A DNA stretch of 64,000 nt, taken from a virus. Location: the IMG/VR virus record IMGVR_UViG_3300028364_001588. The stretch is one strand, 5' to 3'. Made by a program: the position numbers and the translations under genes. Shown piece after piece: positions 58,649 through 64,000 of this stretch. The notes beneath the pieces were generated by a model. That model searched no databases and was not told the origin of the DNA. It worked only from the letters and a program-made list of their open reading frames with translations. Numbering within the stretch: the stretch's first letter is position 1; each line of letters begins with the position of its first letter.

Positions 58649-58679
58649 CGAAGATATAGAAAAAAGATACTCCAGCAAA
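58649..58679 (-). promoter_or_regulatory. Bacteroidota-type promoter (TTTG-N19-TATCTTCG)
   Basis: Correct spacing; one mismatch in the -7 box; upstream of the large vWA gene. Confidence 0.55.
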
Positions 58680-58745
58680 ATTTTTCTTGATTTATTGTCT
58701 TTTTTGATGTATTTATTAGAAAGAGACTCTATAAAAATTTTTACA

Positions 58746-59567
58746 ATGAAAAACATTAGTTATAACTTCGGGGCAATTAGAGATAGTATTGCAAGATTAT
58801 CTTCAAAAGAATTGATGGAACAGAACAAAAGCTTAACGCTTGAAAGGTATGTTTCAAAAACTCAATTGAGCCCAGACCTAAAGAAACAACAATTAATCTA
58901 CAAGAACATCCAGGAATGTAAACCATTTCCAAAGGAAAGATTAGCTGAAAGATTTCTTAATCAGAATCTGAGTATGTTTAAAAATTCCAACTGGAATGAC
59001 GTGATATTTGAAAACAAGCAGCTTAGATATGACCTACTTGGAGCTCCAGATGTAAGTCACGTTGGTGCAAACAATAATAACGATAAATTATTTGAAGCAA
59101 TAAACACTCTTATTGAGTCTGTAACAAATAGAGCTTTTTCTGATTTTGAATCAGAGGGTAAAGCTTATGAGTTCGTACTTGAATATCTTACAAGAGAAGT
59201 TTCTGAAGAAGAGGTTTCTGAAGAAAAAGATGACGCTCCAGCTTTAAAAGAAGCTTGGAAGTTTGTAACAAAACTTGCAGTAAATAATTTCAATGAAAGA
59301 TACGAGCATTTAAACGAATCTGAAAAAGAAGTTCTTGCCGTATTACTTTCTAACAACAAAGATAAAACTGACTTCTTTCAGAACATTAAAAAAGAAAGTA
59401 TTCAATTGATTGATTCTTTGCTTGAAGAATCTGAAAAAGTTCATCACGATACTTTAATTGGTTTTAAAGAAAAAATGGAGAAAATGGACAATGTTGCTCC
59501 AGGAATGATTGACGAGCATATTCTTGAGTGTATTAATTTGAGACAGGCATTAAATGAATTAAAATAA
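58746..59567 (+). CDS. Helical protein of the head module
   Basis: Start reassigned to ATG 58746, downstream of TATTTATT (58710-58717). Confidence 0.65.
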   Translation: MKNISYNFGAIRDSIARLSSKELMEQNKSLTLERYVSKTQLSPDLKKQQLIYKNIQECKPFPKERLAERFLNQNLSMFKNSNWNDVIFENKQLRYDLLGAPDVSHVGANNNNDKLFEAINTLIESVTNRAFSDFESEGKAYEFVLEYLTREVSEEEVSEEKDDAPALKEAWKFVTKLAVNNFNERYEHLNESEKEVLAVLLSNNKDKTDFFQNIKKESIQLIDSLLEESEKVHHDTLIGFKEKMEKMDNVAPGMIDEHILECINLRQALNELK

Positions 59568-59598
59568 TTGTATAGCGATTATTTTTTAACTGTGCAAG

Positions 59599-59627
59599 AA
59601 AAAGTGAGATTAATTCTCACTTTTTTT
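59599..59627 (+). terminator. Intrinsic terminator
   Basis: AAAAAGTGAGA-TTAAT-TCTCACTTTTTTT. Confidence 0.8.
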
Positions 59628-59682
59628 GTTTTCGGCAATTTCTTTGTTTATATTTCTTTTATTAAGGGAAATAATTTAAAAC

Positions 59683-60198
59683 ATGGAAGTAAAGACAAAA
59701 AGAACAGCGAGAGAGATTAAGATTGGCAACGAACTGTTAGATAACAAAAATATAAATGTAAAGATTGGAACAGTTGAGAACAGAGAGGCTCCAGAGACAA
59801 TTTACATATTTATTAGTTTTTGGGCAAAGCCAACGATAGAAATAGAGAATGAATCTCAAGATTTTCTTAAAGATATTTTAAACAAGAAACTTGGGGCGAT
59901 ATATAGGTCAAAACTAAAACCTTATCTAAGTGAAAATAAATACTTCACAAATGAGAAGGATAATATTTATATCAAAAACATACCTGAGAACATTAACTAT
60001 AACAACAAGAGAAATTTTATTTCAGTAGAATTATATCTCCACACTCTAAACATACAAGATGGCAACAGCGTGCCGTTAAGCAATAAAAAAAATACAGAGT
60101 TATTTGATGAGGCGCTAAGGGTTTCAAATATTATTGGCAACTCACCCTTACTGAGCGATGGTGATGAATTTAAGATATTCAAAAAATCAATGAACTAA
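59683..60198 (+). CDS. Hypothetical protein
   Basis: 171-aa ORF upstream of the protease locus. Confidence 0.65.
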   Translation: MEVKTKRTAREIKIGNELLDNKNINVKIGTVENREAPETIYIFISFWAKPTIEIENESQDFLKDILNKKLGAIYRSKLKPYLSENKYFTNEKDNIYIKNIPENINYNNKRNFISVELYLHTLNIQDGNSVPLSNKKNTELFDEALRVSNIIGNSPLLSDGDEFKIFKKSMN

Positions 60199-60202
60199 TT
60201 AC

Positions 60203-60233
60203 AAAGCTTCCTTATTAAGGAGGCTTTTTTTTT
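60203..60233 (+). terminator. Intrinsic terminator
   Basis: AAAGCTTCCTT-ATT-AAGGAGGC followed by T9. Confidence 0.85.
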
Positions 60234-60257
60234 GCTATTTATTAGAAACAATTAGCA

Positions 60258-61358
60258 ATGAACAAAAACGAAATACAAAAGTTAATAGCAGAATCTCTAT
60301 ATGAATTAACTCATGAGGATGTTTCTCCAGAAGACCAGTCGATGGATACATCAGAATTCGAAGACTCTCTTGGGAGTGGAGAAGAAGATTATGAAGACGA
60401 AGACATTAACCTTGGATTAGAACCTATATCTATGTCATCAATTGACATTCCTATTCAAGATAAAGGAGTATTCAGTGCTATGGGTGGTAACGAACCTTAT
60501 GATGATGAATTTTCTGACTTAAATGGTTATCAAGAATTTGGTGATGATTATGAAGGTAACTATCAAGATGACGTTTCTGTATCTCCAGGATATTTTAATG
60601 AAGAAGAAGTTCCAATGTCAGCAATTGACATGCCGATTAAAGATAAAGCTATTTTTAGCGCCATGGATGGAGACGATACTATGGATGACATGTCTGACAT
60701 TGCTAAATACAGAAGAGACAAAGGTGGTGACTACGAAGGTGGATTCCAGGATGATGTTTCTGTATCTCCAGGATACTACAACGAAAGCGAAGATGACATG
60801 GACCCAATTGCAATAGCTAAGACTAATGCATCATCAAACTACGACCCAACAGAAGATGCTATGGCATATGCTGGAGAACACTGGGGCTCACTATCTCCAC
60901 AAGAAAAAGAAGAAATTTTTGCAGATATGGAAAATGATTTCGCAAGAAATATGGGTGAAGCAATTGAGTTTACTCCAGAAGAACTTCAAAAAATAATTAG
61001 CGAAGGTGTAGAAAGATTACATAGAAAAACTCTTATTGAGAATAGGCTTAAACAAATCAACAACGAACTTAATTTAATGGCTGACCCAGAAGCTTGGGAA
61101 AATGCTAAAATAGAAGCAAAGGCTCAACTTGCAAAAAAATCAATTGCTTGGAATAATATATCTACAAGAGAAGACCTTTTATCGGAAATGAGTTTTAGAG
61201 ATATTAAAATGCCAGTTGCTAAACCAATAGATGTAGCTACAAACAAGGCTAAATCAAAGTGGGATAACATGCAGAAAGAATCGGTGTCTGATATTATGTC
61301 AAGAGCATCAGACCTAATGGCAGAAGCTAAAAAGAAATACAACGACATCTCAAAATAA
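60258..61358 (+). CDS. Highly acidic probable internal head protein with a 61-aa tandem duplication
   Basis: MNKNEIQKLIAESL N-terminus; two DDVSVSPGY-containing units 183 nt apart. Confidence 0.65.
   Translation: MNKNEIQKLIAESLYELTHEDVSPEDQSMDTSEFEDSLGSGEEDYEDEDINLGLEPISMSSIDIPIQDKGVFSAMGGNEPYDDEFSDLNGYQEFGDDYEGNYQDDVSVSPGYFNEEEVPMSAIDMPIKDKAIFSAMDGDDTMDDMSDIAKYRRDKGGDYEGGFQDDVSVSPGYYNESEDDMDPIAIAKTNASSNYDPTEDAMAYAGEHWGSLSPQEKEEIFADMENDFARNMGEAIEFTPEELQKIISEGVERLHRKTLIENRLKQINNELNLMADPEAWENAKIEAKAQLAKKSIAWNNISTREDLLSEMSFRDIKMPVAKPIDVATNKAKSKWDNMQKESVSDIMSRASDLMAEAKKKYNDISK
60420..60785 (+). repeat. Two diverged 183-nt in-frame repeat units
   Basis: GTTTCTGTATCTCCAGGATA occurs at 60573 and 60756. 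Confidence 0.85.
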
Positions 61359-61376
61359 GGTGCTTTATAAATTTAG

Positions 61377-61402
61377 AAAACCCTGCAATGTAGGGTTTTT
61401 TT
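61377..61402 (+). terminator. Intrinsic terminator
   Basis: AAAACCCTGC-AAT-GTAGGG followed by T7. Confidence 0.85.
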
Positions 61403-61462
61403 AGTTTACCACCTAAATTTCGAAAAAATCAAATATTTATAAGAGAACAACATTACAACATC

Positions 61463-62131
61463 ATGATAAAAGATAATGGAAAATATATAATCTCAGAATT
61501 CTATGAATTCAAGATTGAACCGAATTTAATTACGGAGTCTGAGAAAGCTGGAAAACCTCTTGTTATGACAGGGATTCTACAAAAAGCAGATACGCTTAAT
61601 AGAAACGGTAGAGTTTATCCTTATGAGATTCTTAAAAGAGAAGCTGATAAGTATATGGAACTTGTTGAGAACAACACTGCAGGTGGGGAACTTGACCACC
61701 CAGACTCAGCAGTTGTATCTCTTGCTAATGTTTCACACAGAGTATCAGAAATGTGGTGGGACGGAAAAGACCTTTATGGTAAAGTTATTATTGCAGAAGA
61801 AACTCCTGCAGGTAAAATTCTTAGAGGACTTCTTAAATCTGGATTTATGTTAGGAATATCATCAAGAGGTGTTGGTTCTGTAAAATCAGAAGGAGACCAA
61901 GATATTGTACAAGAAGATTTTGAATTAATTGCATTTGACTTTGTGTCATCTCCATCTACTCCAGGAGCTTACTTATTCAAAGAAGGAAAAGGATATGGAA
62001 ATAGAGGTGCTGGTATGGTTCCTTTAGGTGAGAGCTCAGGTGTCATAACTACGATTGATGTTCAAGAGAAGGGTAATAATTATTCTAAATTAAATGAAAT
62101 AGCAAATAGCGATTTCTGGAAAAATAAATAA
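61463..62131 (+). CDS. Prohead core protease (T4 gp21-like)
   Basis: NRNGRVYP, GELDHP, VSH, TPAGKIL, GISSRGVGS, DFVSSPS. Confidence 0.96.
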   Translation: MIKDNGKYIISEFYEFKIEPNLITESEKAGKPLVMTGILQKADTLNRNGRVYPYEILKREADKYMELVENNTAGGELDHPDSAVVSLANVSHRVSEMWWDGKDLYGKVIIAEETPAGKILRGLLKSGFMLGISSRGVGSVKSEGDQDIVQEDFELIAFDFVSSPSTPGAYLFKEGKGYGNRGAGMVPLGESSGVITTIDVQEKGNNYSKLNEIANSDFWKNK

Positions 62132-62207
62132 AAAGATTAACGAGATTTAGATTTTACAAAATTTGTAAATATTTATTAGAAATCAACAGTCATAAAATAA
62201 ACACAAC

Positions 62208-63569
62208 ATGAGCGACAAGATTAACAAATCATCATTACAAGAAGCGAAAGCAAATTTTGAAGAGATTCGAAAGTTTGCACTTGAAGAAGCTACAAAAGGT
62301 CTTGAAGAAGAAGTTAGCGCAAAAGTTATTGAACTTATGAATAAATCAATCGAAAGCGATTTAGTCAAAGAAGGTGTTACAATTAATGCTGACGGAACTA
62401 CAATAACAATTGACGATTCAGGAGATGTTACAGTAGATGCAGATGTTGATGGTATTGAAGGTGGGGATATGGAAATTGAACCAGCTGGAGAACCAATAGG
62501 AATGGATTCAGAAATGGATTCAGATATTGATTCAGAAATAGTAGTTTCTGATGAAGATGATGAAATTGAAATTGATAACTCAGAAATAGACGAAATGAAC
62601 AACTTAGACGAAATGAGCTTTGAAGAACAAGAGATGGCTGCGGCTGCTCCTGCTCCTGAAGCTGCACCTGTTGCACCAGAAGCTGCTCCAGTAGAGGAGA
62701 TGCCAATGGATATGCCAGCAGAAGAAATGCCAGCAGAAGATGCTATGGCAAACCCATTTGAAATGTTAGCAGGAAAATTGGACCAACTTATGTCTATGAT
62801 GGGCGGAGACGCTGGGGCTGGAGGAGATGAAATTGAAATCATTGATGACGCTGGAATGGAAGCTGCACCTGCGGCTGCACCTGCTGCGCCAGAAGCTGCA
62901 CCTGTTGCTGAAGAAATTACTTTTGAAGTGGTAAACAACGAAATGGAAATGCCAGAAATGGACATGGGAGACGATGTTCTTGAAATCGTTGGAGAAATGG
63001 ATGAAGAACCTATTGAAGAAGTTAAGATGATGGGAGTTGGACATACTGTTCAAAGAAGTACTGGAACGAGTGCTGGACCTGAATCTGCAAAGAAAAGAGA
63101 AAGAATTGCTGAAAGCAATAAAAAAGATATAGCTCAACATGAGGCAAAATTTGCCGAGCTCATTAAGGAAAACGAGGGTTTAAAATCGGAGAAAGAAGAA
63201 TTAGAAGGAAGACTTATTAAGTTTGAAAACGGATTCGTAAAGCTCCAAGAGAATTTTGGTCAAATGCAAGATTACAACGCTAAGTTGGTAATGGCATACA
63301 AAGTTGCAATGTCTGGTGGACTTACAACTGACGAAAAAGTTCAAATCTCTGAGCAGTTCGACAAGTGCGATACTGTAGAAGATGCTGAAAAACTTTATAA
63401 GTCAATTGTGAATGAACACAAAATCAAGGTGAATAAAAACCCTGAGAAAAGCATTAAAAGCAACACTGTAAAAGCAGTACACGCTAAGAGCGAATCTAAG
63501 CCACTATACGAAAGTAGAGAGGTTTCAAGAATGAAGCAACTTGCAGGTATCAAAAACTTAAACGGATAA
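62208..63569 (+). CDS. Major scaffold / prohead core protein (gp22-like position)
   Basis: Between protease and MCP; acidic low-complexity centre, coiled coil, C-terminal RMKQLAGI. Confidence 0.85.
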   Translation: MSDKINKSSLQEAKANFEEIRKFALEEATKGLEEEVSAKVIELMNKSIESDLVKEGVTINADGTTITIDDSGDVTVDADVDGIEGGDMEIEPAGEPIGMDSEMDSDIDSEIVVSDEDDEIEIDNSEIDEMNNLDEMSFEEQEMAAAAPAPEAAPVAPEAAPVEEMPMDMPAEEMPAEDAMANPFEMLAGKLDQLMSMMGGDAGAGGDEIEIIDDAGMEAAPAAAPAAPEAAPVAEEITFEVVNNEMEMPEMDMGDDVLEIVGEMDEEPIEEVKMMGVGHTVQRSTGTSAGPESAKKRERIAESNKKDIAQHEAKFAELIKENEGLKSEKEELEGRLIKFENGFVKLQENFGQMQDYNAKLVMAYKVAMSGGLTTDEKVQISEQFDKCDTVEDAEKLYKSIVNEHKIKVNKNPEKSIKSNTVKAVHAKSESKPLYESREVSRMKQLAGIKNLNG

Positions 63570-63628
63570 AAATTATATGTTTTTCGCAAGAAAAAGTGAA
63601 TAAAATTTAAAAACACTTTTTTTAAACA

Positions 63629-63636
63629 TATTTATT
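63629..63636 (+). promoter_or_regulatory. TATTTAT(A/T) putative late-promoter motif (one of 20 gene-proximal copies)
   Basis: Sense-strand copies sit 3-30 nt before starts of the MCP, scaffold, protease, gp25-like and other late genes; full list in findings. Confidence 0.75.
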
Positions 63637-63660
63637 ATTAACAAATTAAAAACTTAAAAA

Positions 63661-64000
63661 ATGAGCGAATTATTGAACAGTGGTAAAGTTGGACTTACAG
63701 TCTTCAAAAACTTAGCTGAACAAAGAAAGGCGATTGTAACAAGTTGGTCTGATTCAGGACTTCTTGACGAAGGGTACGATGTAAATGGTGCTCCAATCAG
63801 AATGAAAGGAATCAAAGCTGCAAACGTAGCACAACTTTTAGAAAATCAAGCTGCAGCAATGTTGAACGAGGTAACTCTTGATTCATCTGCAGGTAGATTC
63901 GATACTGTTGCATTCCCAATCGTAAGAAGAGTATTCTCAAGATTACTTGCTAACGAAATTGTTTCTGTACAGCCTTTGGCATTACCATCAGGATTATTAT
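63661..64000 (+). CDS. Major capsid protein (T4 gp23-like), 3'-partial
   Basis: Not in the ORF track (no stop in window). Translates MSELLNSG...VAQLLENQA...FPIVRRVFSRLLANEIVSVQPLALPSGL. Confidence 0.95.
   Translation, partial: MSELLNSGKVGLTVFKNLAEQRKAIVTSWSDSGLLDEGYDVNGAPIRMKGIKAANVAQLLENQAAAMLNEVTLDSSAGRFDTVAFPIVRRVFSRLLANEIVSVQPLALPSGLL

Noticed and set aside
62183-62965. 260-aa antisense ORF (also 50415-50834, 16478-17068, 21830-22336 and similar)
   Set aside because: Shadows of low-complexity or codon-biased genes on the opposite strand; no motifs or expression signals.
1-64000. tRNA, rRNA, CRISPR arrays, integrase, reverse transcriptase
   Set aside because: None recognised by eye; intergenic gaps are short and mostly accounted for. 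A tRNAscan/Infernal run would be needed to exclude them fully.

Overview
AT-rich segment of a large tailed dsDNA phage (T4-superfamily-like myovirus, probably jumbo) in the standard genetic code. A Bacteroidota host is inferred from TTTG-N19-21-TAnnTTTG promoters and A-rich start contexts without Shine-Dalgarno sequences. Layout: 1-24.3 kb baseplate/tail genes (gp6-like wedge, gp25-like, gp5/gpV-like spike, Calx-beta and DNRLRE-like proteins); 24.7 kb gp55-like sigma factor; 25.6-49.3 kb glycan-biosynthesis region (Gmd, ColD-like, Fcl/ColC-like, GT11, CMP-transferase-cupin, DHQS-like cyclase, SDR, SIS, two GT42/Maf-like transferases, GT2/GT4s), also containing vWA, HAD and T5 A1-like genes; 49.7-64 kb head module (acidic internal/scaffold-like proteins, PhoH, prohead protease, scaffold, start of the major capsid protein). 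Main observation: four free-standing endonuclease genes from three unrelated nuclease families have each inserted within a few codons of a gene terminus. Each supplies a recoded replacement terminus on its 3' side and leaves the old terminus stranded next to its promoter. One of these scars is further split by an ADP-ribosyltransferase-like cassette with 12-bp direct repeats. Other highlights: an unannotated ~195-nt structured RNA candidate, a TATTTAT(A/T) late-promoter motif (reverse complement of the T4 late promoter), a predicted GDP-colitose pathway, and a possible CMP-activated cyclitol/ulosonate pathway. All protein calls come from motif recognition by eye; no database searches were run.
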